64,000 bases of DNA, from assembly GCA_036639955.1 (NCBI GenBank), contig JAVWHP010000006.1, positions 23,328-87,327 on the forward strand, read 5' to 3'. Shown one piece after another: positions 28,146 to 37,261 of the stretch. The notes under the pieces are model-generated. The model worked only from the letters and a program-made list of their open reading frames with translations, was not told the origin of the DNA and did no database searches. A program made the translations under genes and the position numbers. The DNA comes from Erysipelotrichaceae bacterium. Its GTDB lineage: Bacteria > Bacillota_I > Bacilli_A > Erysipelotrichales > Erysipelotrichaceae. Within the stretch, counting starts at the first letter, position 1. Every line of letters starts with the position of its first letter.

Positions 28146-28679
28146 TTAAAATAGTGGTGGTGTTGTAATCCATAGAACACTTGCTACCTTACCACTATTA
28201 TTTTTAATATAATGTGTGTACTTGCCTTTTATATAAAAGGTTTCACCTTTTTTAATACTGTGTTCTTCTTTTCCATTAACAATAATTACTTTCCCTTTTA
28301 GGATATAACCAAATTCTTCTCCTTCATGGGGTTCAATGATGATACTAGTTCCATTAGGTTTAATATCAATAATAATTGGTTCCATTTCATTTTTTTGAGC
28401 ATTTGGAATTATCCAATTAATAGTATGCTCATTTTGTTCATCAATAAAGAAATCTTCCGTTTTAAATACTATTTGTTCATCTTTCTTTTCTTGAAAGAAG
28501 ATGGAAATAGTAGTTCCTAGCGCTTCTAATATATCTTCTAAAGTAGAAATTGATGGTGAGGTCAAGTTACGTTCTAGTTGAGATAAGAAACCTTTAGTTA
28601 GTTCACTTCTTGATGCTAGTTCTTCTAGAGTAAGATTATTTTGAATACGAAGTCTTTTTATTTTCTTTCCAATGTCCAT
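28146..28679 (-). CDS. XRE-family HTH + cupin transcriptional regulator (PuuR-like)
   Basis: N-terminal HTH (IKRLRIQNNLTLEELASRSELTKGFLSQLER) plus a C-terminal cupin. Lies 15 nt upstream of potA. Confidence 0.8.
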   Translation of the reverse strand: MDIGKKIKRLRIQNNLTLEELASRSELTKGFLSQLERNLTSPSISTLEDILEALGTTISIFFQEKKDEQIVFKTEDFFIDEQNEHTINWIIPNAQKNEMEPIIIDIKPNGTSIIIEPHEGEEFGYILKGKVIIVNGKEEHSIKKGETFYIKGKYTHYIKNNSGKVASVLWITTPPLF

Positions 28680-28958
28680 AATATCTCCTTTAAGCTTTTA
28701 AACTTATTGTTTAGTGAAATTAAACTACAATTATTATACTTTATTTATAATGATAATTAAACACATTAACGTTATAAATTTCATATTTATTAATTTATTA
28801 TAATTTGAAAGCATTTTAAGCTAATAAACGTATTAATTATATAAGTTAATTATAATATCCATTATCTTATATTTATAGGATATTTATAATAGATTACTTA
28901 TTCAGTATTAGAGTTAATATTAGTGTTATAACTTATTTAAATAAAAATTTAAATAATT

Positions 28959-28985
28959 TGAAAGGTTATGAAAGATTGAAACGTA
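28959..28985 (+). promoter_or_regulatory. Candidate ECF-type promoter (TGAAAG-N17-CGTA)
   Basis: TGAAAG (28959-28964), a 17-nt spacer, then CGTA (28982-28985). It lies about 30 nt upstream of the first gene of the module and resembles the SigW/ECF consensus TGAAAC-N16/17-CGTA. Confidence 0.45.
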
Positions 28986-29016
28986 TTATAGGTGAAATAC
29001 AAAGGAGGAACTCAAA

Positions 29017-29376
29017 ATGAAAAAGAGTTTATTGATAGGCACATTAAGTGCAATTATTATATTTGGAGGTGCAAGCGTTAATGCACAATCAAACGAGAAC
29101 TATGCAAGTGCAAGTAGAATTGTTAATTTTAATGAATGTCCTAAAGGAAATGAGGATTGTCCTAGAATTAATAGTGAAGCATCACCTAAACGTGATGGTA
29201 CTGGAAATGTAGATTGTGATGGTACTGGTACACCTAAACGTGACGGAACTGGTAATGTAAATGGTACTGGTACACCTAAACGTGACGGAACTGGTAATGG
29301 TACACCTAAACGTGATGGTACTGGTAAACCAGATTGTGATGGAACTCATCAAGGTCAAAGAAACAAACAAAACTAA
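29017..29376 (+). CDS. Small secreted protein with four PKRDGTG repeats
   Basis: Signal peptide MKKSLLIGTLSAIIIFGGASVNA/QS, strong SD AAAGGAGG, and [ST]PKRDGTG x4 with two DCDGT motifs. Confidence 0.8.
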   Translation: MKKSLLIGTLSAIIIFGGASVNAQSNENYASASRIVNFNECPKGNEDCPRINSEASPKRDGTGNVDCDGTGTPKRDGTGNVNGTGTPKRDGTGNGTPKRDGTGKPDCDGTHQGQRNKQN

Positions 29377-29423
29377 TATATTAAAAATATTAGAAATGGG
29401 TTATAATGAAGAAGAGGTACAAT

Positions 29424-29906
29424 ATGAAAAGTGAACTTGAGGTTGAAAATGCAATTACATTATATGCCGACATGGTCAAACGAATATGCTTCATGAATTT
29501 AAAAAAGGAAGCAGATGTCGATGATATTTTTCAGAACGTATTCTTTAAATTCGCGACCAACGAAAAAGAATTTGAATCTTCAGAAAATGAAAAAGCTTGG
29601 CTAATACGAGTTACAATTAATGAGTGTAAAAGTTTCTATCGAAGTTTCTTTCATCGACAGGTTGAATTAACTGAGGACTTAAGCATTTATGGTGCAACTG
29701 ATAAAGTACATGATGATGTTCTGCTACAGGCTGTTCTAAAGCTTAATGATAAATATCGTAATGTAATTTATTTGCATTACTATGAAGGCTATAAAATCAG
29801 CGAAGTTGCATCAATTCTTAAGAAAAATGAAAACACTATAAACACATGGTTAAAACGAGCAAAGGAACAGCTTAAAGATGCCCTTGGAGGTGATTATCTT
29901 GAATAA
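29424..29906 (+). CDS. ECF (group 4) sigma-70 family sigma factor
   Basis: Region 2 (IFQNVFFKF...WLIRVTINECKSFYR) and region 4 (YRNVIYLHYYEGYKISEVASILKKNENTINTWLKRAKEQL). The ATG at 29424 follows AGAGG; the track start at 29406 lacks an SD. Confidence 0.85.
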   Translation: MKSELEVENAITLYADMVKRICFMNLKKEADVDDIFQNVFFKFATNEKEFESSENEKAWLIRVTINECKSFYRSFFHRQVELTEDLSIYGATDKVHDDVLLQAVLKLNDKYRNVIYLHYYEGYKISEVASILKKNENTINTWLKRAKEQLKDALGGDYLE

Positions 29907-30669
29907 AAAATCGTTCTCTTCATTAAATCAAATTACAGCTAATGATGAACTTAAACAAAAAACACTAAAGGCAGTCATGAATCAGAAAAAGCAACAGCAT
30001 AATTTCAAAAGATTCGCTATACCTGCCCTTGGAATTGCATTCTGTACCGTGATGATTATAACAACTTTGTTCAATAGATCTAGTTACCTCGAAGTCAATG
30101 CCGCTGCCTATGTAACGCTTGATATAAATCCTAGTATTCAGTTTGAACTGAATAAGGATAATGAAGTTATTAAAGTAAAGTCCTTCAATGATGATGCAAA
30201 AAATATTATAAATGAAACCGATGTAAAAGGTTTAGAGGTTAATGCGGCCATTTCTAAACTAATTGAAACAAAAGAATTTTCTAACTATTTATTAGATGGA
30301 TATTTACAAGTTAGTGTTTATGCTGATGATGAAAAAGCAACAGAAAAACTTGTAGTAGAAATCGACAATAATCTAGCTAAACAACTAAATGTTAATTCTT
30401 ATAGTTGTACACATGCTAATCACGAGGAAAAAGTGGAAGCTGATAAATATAATATTTCTTTTGGTAAGTATCAGTTAATAAAACAAATTATAGAATTAGA
30501 TAGTACCAAAACAATTGATGCAATAAGTAATAATTCAATGCGTGAGTTAATGGATATCTATGAAGATCTTAATGGAACTCCATATCAAAAGGACCATAAT
30601 AACGGTAATGAGAATCATAAACATGAAGGTCAAAACAAAGGAAACGGAAATAAACATAATCAAAAATAG
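29899..30669 (+). CDS. Putative single-pass anti-sigma factor with extracytoplasmic domain and low-complexity tail
   Basis: TTG start 8 nt after GGAGG, overlapping the sigma stop codon. One TM segment (FAIPALGIAFCTVMIITTLF), a DINPS motif after the TM, and a C-terminal N/G/H/K-rich tail. Confidence 0.65.
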   Translation: MNKKSFSSLNQITANDELKQKTLKAVMNQKKQQHNFKRFAIPALGIAFCTVMIITTLFNRSSYLEVNAAAYVTLDINPSIQFELNKDNEVIKVKSFNDDAKNIINETDVKGLEVNAAISKLIETKEFSNYLLDGYLQVSVYADDEKATEKLVVEIDNNLAKQLNVNSYSCTHANHEEKVEADKYNISFGKYQLIKQIIELDSTKTIDAISNNSMRELMDIYEDLNGTPYQKDHNNGNENHKHEGQNKGNGNKHNQK

Positions 30670-30696
30670 ATAACGCATATGCGTTATCTATTTTTT
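30667..30696. terminator. Bidirectional terminator between the anti-sigma and LCP genes
   Basis: Perfect palindrome TAGATAACGCATATGCGTTATCTA flanked by an A-run and a T-run. Both stop codons lie inside it. Confidence 0.8.
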
Positions 30697-31599
30697 AATT
30701 TCACGATTCATTTTTGTAAGCCAAGCTTCATCGATACGATAATAGTAAAGATCGATTCCTTCAGCCTCTGAATATATGTATTCATCCTCACCTTCGGCAA
30801 CACTCTGTTCTATTTTAACCTTATCAATTATATCCATATAACCAATAATTTCTTTTAATGTCACATTAGTATCAACTGTTGCAAGTAATTTGTTCGCAAT
30901 CTTAATCATATCAAAAAAGCCTAATGATTTCACTTTACTGAACATTGCTTTTATTACCTCTTGTTGACGTGCAGCACGATAGATATCGGAATCACTATAA
31001 CGATGTCTTGCATAAGCTAAAGCCTGTTTTCCATTCATTTTTGTAGTAACACCCTCTTCAAAACAATAGGAATCAGCATTTTCATTTTCATCCATTTCGC
31101 AAAAACTCTTTGATGGAATTAATTCAATACCGCCAATGTCATCTACTAAACTAATCATTTTAGAAAAATCAACTTCAGCATATTTCTCTAATTCATTTAA
31201 ACCAAAGGTTGATTTAACTGTGTCAATCGTGCAGGCACGTCCAGCACCTTTGTCTTGCCAAAGTAGATCTCCATATGAATAAGCATGTGTAATTTTATCA
31301 AACTTTTTATTACACGCTAACTCTACGTATGAATCCCTTGGAAGTGAAATCATGTTAACTAATGCTTCATCTTTATTAACATTAATCAGCATTATTGAAT
31401 CTGCACGGCTTGTGTTTTCTGTCGATTCACGACCATCAACACCAATTAAAACAATGTTCATATTTTTAGCAGTTGCTGTCGAATATTTATAATATCCAAA
31501 TAATCCTCCACCAATAATAGCAGCTAATATTAAAATTAAAATTAAAATTAATATTAGTACTCTGCCCCACCTTACCTTCTTCTTTTTCTTCCTAGGCAT
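30688..31599 (-). CDS. LytR-CpsA-Psr (LCP) family cell-wall glycopolymer ligase
   Basis: N-terminal Lys-rich stretch plus a TM anchor. LCP core motifs: NIVLIGVDGRE...RADSIMLINV...SLPRDSYV. Confidence 0.85.
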   Translation of the reverse strand: MPRKKKKKVRWGRVLILILILILILAAIIGGGLFGYYKYSTATAKNMNIVLIGVDGRESTENTSRADSIMLINVNKDEALVNMISLPRDSYVELACNKKFDKITHAYSYGDLLWQDKGAGRACTIDTVKSTFGLNELEKYAEVDFSKMISLVDDIGGIELIPSKSFCEMDENENADSYCFEEGVTTKMNGKQALAYARHRYSDSDIYRAARQQEVIKAMFSKVKSLGFFDMIKIANKLLATVDTNVTLKEIIGYMDIIDKVKIEQSVAEGEDEYIYSEAEGIDLYYYRIDEAWLTKMNREIKK

Positions 31600-31906
31600 T
31601 AACTACTTTCTCAATATATGCTTCAATTTCTTCTTTAGGATGGTAACCCATTATATTACCTATGACTTTACCATTCTTGAACACTAACATTGTAGGAACT
31701 TGTACTATTCCATATTTAGAAGTAAGTTCTTCTTGTTCATCAATATCAACCTTAGCTACCTTAAATTTATCAGCATTATCTTTTTCAAGTGCTTCAATTG
31801 TAGGTGTTAGCATTTTACAAGGCCCACACCAAGTTGCAAAAAAATCCACTAAAACGATGTTGTCTTCAATCAGTTGATCGAACTCTGCGCTACTATTTAT
31901 TTTCAT
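31592..31906 (-). CDS. trxA: Thioredoxin
   Basis: 104 aa with the WCGPCK active site. Confidence 0.93.
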   Translation of the reverse strand: MKINSSAEFDQLIEDNIVLVDFFATWCGPCKMLTPTIEALEKDNADKFKVAKVDIDEQEELTSKYGIVQVPTMLVFKNGKVIGNIMGYHPKEEIEAYIEKVVNA

Positions 31907-31955
31907 ATTAATTTCCTCCTTTTAGGAATTATAACATATTTTTTATGTTACATGT

Positions 31956-32831
31956 TTAGTTTATTAAATTCTTTAGAATTTCATAAACTCCATCTTCATC
32001 ATTGCTTAGTGTTGTACCACTACTAGCAGCTTTAACTGAAGGTAATGCATTCGACATTGCGTATGAATACTTAGCAAATTTTAACATTTCAATATCATTC
32101 TCACCATCACCAAATGCCATGATTTCATCAGACGATATATTCAATTCATTAGCTAGTGTTTCTAAGGCATTGCCTTTAGTATTGCCCTTAGGGCAAACTT
32201 CTAACCACATTGCTGCTGTTTTACCTATCCAAAATTCATCTTTAAATTCAGCACGTAGTAATTGGTTAACATGTTCTACCTCTTCAATATTTCCAGCTAA
32301 ACAAACTTTATTCAAATCTTCTTTAAGAATATCATCATCTTTAACATAAATAGTTACTGGATATCCTGAATTAATATTTAAGGTTGGCGCAACCGTTGAC
32401 GCACGCCATGGAACATTGCTAGCAATATTGTTTTCGATACGATAGTCTATCTTTCTTTGTAACATAGATTCAGGAATACGAATGTATACATGCATATCCA
32501 TTAGAAATTGAAATTCAATTGATTGTTTCTCTATAAATTTATAGATACGCTTAGCATCGGCTAATTTAAGGCGCTCAATAATTCTACGTTCACTATTGAA
32601 TGCGGGCTTAATTGCCATACCATTAACTTCAATATAGTAACCATCAAAACGGTCCATTTTAAGTTGCTTACCATAATCTTCAAGTTTGTGATAATTGCGT
32701 CCACTAGCTAAAACAACTCTTATTCCTTTTTCTTGTAATTTAATAAGTATATCTAAATTACGAACTGATATTTTTGAATCACTATTAAGAAGTGTTCCAT
32801 CCATATCTAATGCTATCATTTTAATATCCAT
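31956..32831 (-). CDS. Cof-type HAD-IIB sugar phosphatase
   Basis: DMDGTLL motif I and GDGENDIEM motif IV. The ATG at 32831 follows AGGTGA. Confidence 0.8.
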   Translation of the reverse strand: MDIKMIALDMDGTLLNSDSKISVRNLDILIKLQEKGIRVVLASGRNYHKLEDYGKQLKMDRFDGYYIEVNGMAIKPAFNSERRIIERLKLADAKRIYKFIEKQSIEFQFLMDMHVYIRIPESMLQRKIDYRIENNIASNVPWRASTVAPTLNINSGYPVTIYVKDDDILKEDLNKVCLAGNIEEVEHVNQLLRAEFKDEFWIGKTAAMWLEVCPKGNTKGNALETLANELNISSDEIMAFGDGENDIEMLKFAKYSYAMSNALPSVKAASSGTTLSNDEDGVYEILKNLIN

Positions 32832-32932
32832 TCTTATCACCTATTACATTATAACTTATTAATATTTTTTTTGCATTAGTATTGCACATGAATCTTAATA
32901 ACACTATAATTGTATAGAAGGTAGGAATAAAT

Positions 32933-33412
32933 ATGAAAAATATAAAAACAAATGTAATGCGTATATTAGATAAAGCAAAAATAGATTATAAAGCTTATAA
33001 CTATGATACGAGTGATGAACAAATTGACGGAATATCTGTAGCACAAAAACTTGGACAAAACCCAAAGCAAGTATTCAAAACAATAATTACTCAAGGTCAC
33101 AGTAAAAACTTTTATGTTTTTGTAATAGCAGTTGACGCAGAACTAAATCTTAAATTATGTGCATCTAGTGTAAATGAAAAATCGATTGAACTTATACCAC
33201 TAAATAAATTGACACAAATAACAGGTTACATACGTGGAGGTTGTTCTCCAATCGGTTTAAAGAAAAGTTTTCCATGTGTTGTAGATGAATCAGCTCTCGG
33301 GTTTCCTACAATTATTTTCTCAGCAGGAAAAAAAGGTTTCCAAGTAGATATGAATCCCAAAGATTTAGAAAAGATAATAGATGTTCAATTCAATAAAATA
33401 AGTATGAAATAA
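32933..33412 (+). CDS. ybaK: Cys-tRNA(Pro)/Cys-tRNA(Cys) deacylase YbaK
   Basis: 159 aa of the YbaK/EbsC editing-domain family (KTNVMRILD...FKTII...GGCSPIG). Confidence 0.85.
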   Translation: MKNIKTNVMRILDKAKIDYKAYNYDTSDEQIDGISVAQKLGQNPKQVFKTIITQGHSKNFYVFVIAVDAELNLKLCASSVNEKSIELIPLNKLTQITGYIRGGCSPIGLKKSFPCVVDESALGFPTIIFSAGKKGFQVDMNPKDLEKIIDVQFNKISMK

Positions 33413-33428
33413 AATAATTGTGAAGCTA

Positions 33429-34352
33429 TTACATAGCATCACAATTATTTTTTAAATTCTCGTATAATTCTTTCATTTGTTTTTTTGTTGCTAAATCACT
33501 AGTGAATGCTGTGGCCGAACCACAACTAACACTAAAAGTTAGTGCATCCTGATAATTGGCCCCATCTAAAATTGCGCTGATAAAACCAGCCAACATACTA
33601 TCTCCAGCACCAGTTGAATTTACTAATTGTCCACAAGGAGCAACTGATTCAAAAACTTGATTATCAGAAGTAACGAGAATAGCACCAGAAGATCCAAGTG
33701 AAACTAGAACATTTTGCGCACCTTTAGATTGCATTTCTTTTGCAGCATCAATAACATCCTCAGTACTGTGGAGTATTTTATCAACCATTTCCGAAAGTTC
33801 TTCTAAATTCGGTTTTATTAAATAAGGATGATAAATTAAAGCACTAGACATAAGTTTGCTAGTAGCATCAATGATAAATTTAATTTCATTATTTTTCAAA
33901 CTATTCATTATATTAGCATAAGTAGAATCAGATAAACAAGCAGGAACACTACCCGCTAAAACAAGAATATCGCCAGAATTAATAGTGCTCAATTTTTTAA
34001 GTAAATCATTAAACTCTTCATCCTTGATTGTAGGTCCAACTGCATTAATTTCACTCTCAACATGAGCCTTTAGTTTAACATTAATTCTTGTAGCACCATC
34101 TTCTAAATAAATGAAATCATTTTTAATGCCTCTCTTATTAACTAGAGTCTCTACCTCTTTACCGCTAAAACCAGCTAAGAAACCAAGTGCTATATTATCA
34201 ACACCTAAACGCGATAAAATTGTTGAAACATTAATACCCTTACCACCCGGGTAAGTAGCATCTAAATAGCTACGATTCACTTCGCCCTCATTAAAATCTT
34301 TAACAAATGTGACATAATCTAATGAAGGATTAATACATAAAGTATATATCAT
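33429..34352 (-). CDS. PfkB-family sugar-phosphate kinase (1-phosphofructokinase / tagatose-6-P kinase type)
   Basis: 307 aa with GGKGINV, and a GAGDSMLAG motif near the C-terminus. Confidence 0.85.
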   Translation of the reverse strand: MIYTLCINPSLDYVTFVKDFNEGEVNRSYLDATYPGGKGINVSTILSRLGVDNIALGFLAGFSGKEVETLVNKRGIKNDFIYLEDGATRINVKLKAHVESEINAVGPTIKDEEFNDLLKKLSTINSGDILVLAGSVPACLSDSTYANIMNSLKNNEIKFIIDATSKLMSSALIYHPYLIKPNLEELSEMVDKILHSTEDVIDAAKEMQSKGAQNVLVSLGSSGAILVTSDNQVFESVAPCGQLVNSTGAGDSMLAGFISAILDGANYQDALTFSVSCGSATAFTSDLATKKQMKELYENLKNNCDAM

Positions 34353-34454
34353 TATAATACCTCCTTTTATTATATTTTAACACTTTAAAAATATTAAACA
34401 ATAACATTAAATTATATTATAATAAAAAAAAGCAAGCTAAGCTTACTTAAATTA

Positions 34455-35303
34455 TTAGACGCCAAGTTTTTCTAAATATTTAGCAATCCCTGAATTATCA
34501 TTAGATTCAGTTACATCATAGGCAATATCTTTTAAAGTAGGCATTGCATTTTCCATAGCAATTCCATATTTGGCGAATTCAAACATTGAAATATCATTTT
34601 CACCATCGCCAAATGTTACAATCTCATCACTACTTATATTATTTGCAAGTGCAATTCTCTTAATAGCTAATCCTTTAGAAACGCCCTTAGGCATAATCTC
34701 TAACCAATTAGGAGCAACTCTTAATAATTCATAATCAGAAGATAACTCTTCAACTATTTTAGGAAAACTAAGTTTCATCAGGAAAGCAGGTTGAACACCG
34801 ACCACCTTATTAACAGAATGATTAAATTTATAACTATGCGTTTTTATCGTTTTAATATTTGACATTTCACCCTCTAAACCATAATTATATTTACGCTTAG
34901 TTACTATGCAGCGAGCAATCTTTACTAATTTGTTAAATGTAGACAAGTAATTGTAATAGCAATGCTTAGAGAAACATATCCCTTCTAAACCATGACGATG
35001 AATAGATTCAAGTATTCTATTAGCATCATTACTATTAAGAACTCTTCCAAGTTTATATTCATCCGATTTGAAACTATATATTTCTTGACCATTTATACCA
35101 ACAATATAATTGTTAGGAAACTTATCCATATGTAAAGATTTATATGCAAAAGTTAAATTTTCTTTATTTCTACCAGAAGCAATAACTACCATAATACCTT
35201 TTTTTTGTGCTTCTATAAGTTTTAAACGTGTAACCTCATCTATTACCTTTTTACTAGTAAGTAGTGTTCCATCCATATCACAACAGATCATTTTTATACT
35301 CAT
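34455..35303 (-). CDS. Cof-type HAD-IIB sugar phosphatase
   Basis: CDMDGTLL and GDGENDISM motifs. Confidence 0.8.
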   Translation of the reverse strand: MSIKMICCDMDGTLLTSKKVIDEVTRLKLIEAQKKGIMVVIASGRNKENLTFAYKSLHMDKFPNNYIVGINGQEIYSFKSDEYKLGRVLNSNDANRILESIHRHGLEGICFSKHCYYNYLSTFNKLVKIARCIVTKRKYNYGLEGEMSNIKTIKTHSYKFNHSVNKVVGVQPAFLMKLSFPKIVEELSSDYELLRVAPNWLEIMPKGVSKGLAIKRIALANNISSDEIVTFGDGENDISMFEFAKYGIAMENAMPTLKDIAYDVTESNDNSGIAKYLEKLGV

Positions 35304-35380
35304 ACTATTACCTCTTTTCTTTCTACGCTATTATAATATAAATATTAGAGATAATATTTTCATTAAATGAAAATAGAACC

Positions 35381-35408
35381 AAAAAAAAACATCTGAATTC
35401 AGATGTTT
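35381..35408 (-). terminator. Terminator after nagB
   Basis: Palindrome AAACATCTGAATTCAGATGTTT preceded on the plus strand by a 9-nt A-run. Confidence 0.8.
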
Positions 35409-35418
35409 AATTTACTAA

Positions 35419-36135
35419 TTAAAGTTTTGCAGCTGCTGCTTTATCACAGATAACAACAACATCATTGTGATTTTGAAGAACACTAGCAGGACAATCAGTA
35501 GTTGGAGTAGCTTTAACCATTGCATAAACAGCATCAGCTTTGTTTGCTCCAGTAGCAACTAATAAAATCTTTTTAGCCTTCATAATAGTAGCAATACCCA
35601 TTGTAATTGCATGAGTAGGCACTTTATTAATGTCATCTTCAAAGAAACGAGCATTATCTTGACGAGTTTTTTCAGTTAAAGTAACAATGTGAGTTTCTTC
35701 ATCAAATGAAGTTCCTGGTTCATTGAAACCAATGTGACCATTAGCTCCAATTCCTAAAACTTGTACATCAACAGAAACATTTTCCATTGCTTTTTCATAC
35801 GCTTGACAATCTTCCTTAGTATTACCAAAAGGTACATTAACGTTTTCTTCTTTAATGTCGATACCTTTGAATAGGTTTTCGTGCATAAAAGTCCAGTATG
35901 TTTGAGCGTGGTTACGATCAAGACCAACATATTCATCTAAGTTGAATGAATGGATATCTTTATAAGAAGTTCCATTTTCATTGTGATCCTTGATCATGTT
36001 TGTGTATAATCCAATAGGACTTGATCCAGTTGCTAAACCTAAAGTTGCGTTCGGTTTTTTAACAACGATTTCTTTCATTACTTCAAAAGCTTTTTCACTT
36101 ACTTGTTCATAGTTTTCTAATACGATTACTTGCAT
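35419..36135 (-). CDS. nagB: Glucosamine-6-phosphate deaminase
   Basis: 238 aa with LGLATGSSP...FNLDEYVGL...LGIGANGHIGFNEPG motifs. Confidence 0.93.
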   Translation of the reverse strand: MQVIVLENYEQVSEKAFEVMKEIVVKKPNATLGLATGSSPIGLYTNMIKDHNENGTSYKDIHSFNLDEYVGLDRNHAQTYWTFMHENLFKGIDIKEENVNVPFGNTKEDCQAYEKAMENVSVDVQVLGIGANGHIGFNEPGTSFDEETHIVTLTEKTRQDNARFFEDDINKVPTHAITMGIATIMKAKKILLVATGANKADAVYAMVKATPTTDCPASVLQNHNDVVVICDKAAAAKL

Positions 36136-36253
36136 GTTATAATCCTCCTAAATTTACCTTTATAATAATAGCACTTTAAACAAGACTTTTCAATTAATAA
36201 AGACATAAAATAGTTAATAAGCACTAAATAAGGAGAATATATAGTATAAACAC

Positions 36254-36284
36254 TAAAAAGCTCATCAATTAAACTTGATGAGCT
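36254..36284 (-). terminator. Terminator after the aldose epimerase gene
   Basis: AGCTCATCAA-ttaaac-TTGATGAGCT hairpin with a U-run on the minus transcript. Confidence 0.7.
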
Positions 36285-36292
36285 AATATTTT

Positions 36293-37153
36293 CTAATCTA
36301 ATATTTCAATTGAATAAGAAGTCTTCCATTCCTTACCAGGAGCTAAGATAATAGTATCTTCTCTCTTTGAAAATTCTACAGGTGTTTTTGTAAAATCACC
36401 ATGTCCATGCCAAGGCTCAATACAAATAAAAGGAGCTTTTTCAGGAGTCCATATAGCTAAATATTTAAAACCATAACAACTAACACGGATAGAGTGTTTT
36501 GGGCCAACTAAATCAACATAAGGACTAACAATATCCTTATACAATAAAGTTGAATATTTTTCGAAATCCGAATAATTTAATTTAATCTCTTCAAAGCTAC
36601 GTTTAACTTGTTCAGGTTCATTATTTTTAGTTAAATCTAATACTAATTGAGTTGGATTTTCTTTCATTGGGAAAACGAGTTTGTAATCACTGAACTTTTC
36701 ATCCTTTTCAATAGGACAATTAAAACCAGGATGAACACCTAAAGAAAACGGCATAGGTTTCTTGCCTTTATTAAGCACTATATAAGTTATAACAATCTTA
36801 TTATCTATTAATTCATATTGAGTATGAAACTTAAAGTTATAAGGATACTGTTCTAAAGTGAATTCATTTGCTTTTAATTCCATAGTGATTCTATTAGTTG
36901 TTTCCTCAATACAAATCATATCTGAAATTCTTATAAAACCATGATTTTTCATTTCATAGTGTTGGCCATCAACATCATAACCATGATTAACAAGTCCAGA
37001 AATTATTGGAAATAAAGTAGGATTTTTACCTGACCAATGTTTATCATCTCCTTGCCACATGTATTCAATCTTCTTTTTCTTATCAAAAAAACTTTGGATT
37101 TCTCCACCACGATTCATAATCTCTAACTCAAATCTTTCGTTACTAATTTTCAT
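36293..37153 (-). CDS. Aldose 1-epimerase family protein (LacX-like)
   Basis: 286 aa with the galactose-mutarotase-like pattern (HGF...GxHPGFN...EPW). Confidence 0.75.
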   Translation of the reverse strand: MKISNERFELEIMNRGGEIQSFFDKKKKIEYMWQGDDKHWSGKNPTLFPIISGLVNHGYDVDGQHYEMKNHGFIRISDMICIEETTNRITMELKANEFTLEQYPYNFKFHTQYELIDNKIVITYIVLNKGKKPMPFSLGVHPGFNCPIEKDEKFSDYKLVFPMKENPTQLVLDLTKNNEPEQVKRSFEEIKLNYSDFEKYSTLLYKDIVSPYVDLVGPKHSIRVSCYGFKYLAIWTPEKAPFICIEPWHGHGDFTKTPVEFSKREDTIILAPGKEWKTSYSIEILD

Positions 37154-37261
37154 TTCATTATTACCTTCCTATTTTTTATATTGTAACACAATTTTAAATT
37201 TAAATACATAAGATTTAAATAATTTTATATTAATTCATATGTAAGATAAATTTAAAAATGC

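Noticed and set aside
29182-29346. Tandem 30-39-nt DNA repeats as a CRISPR array or non-coding VNTR
   Set aside because: The repeats are in frame inside an SD-preceded ORF with a signal peptide. They are contiguous with no unique spacers and encode the PKRDGTG peptide repeat.
31531-31560. Hexanucleotide ATTAAA-type repeat inside the LCP gene (encodes LILILILIL) as a phase-variation tract
   Set aside because: The unit length is a multiple of three, so slippage would only change the TM-helix length rather than switch expression. There are only about three units.
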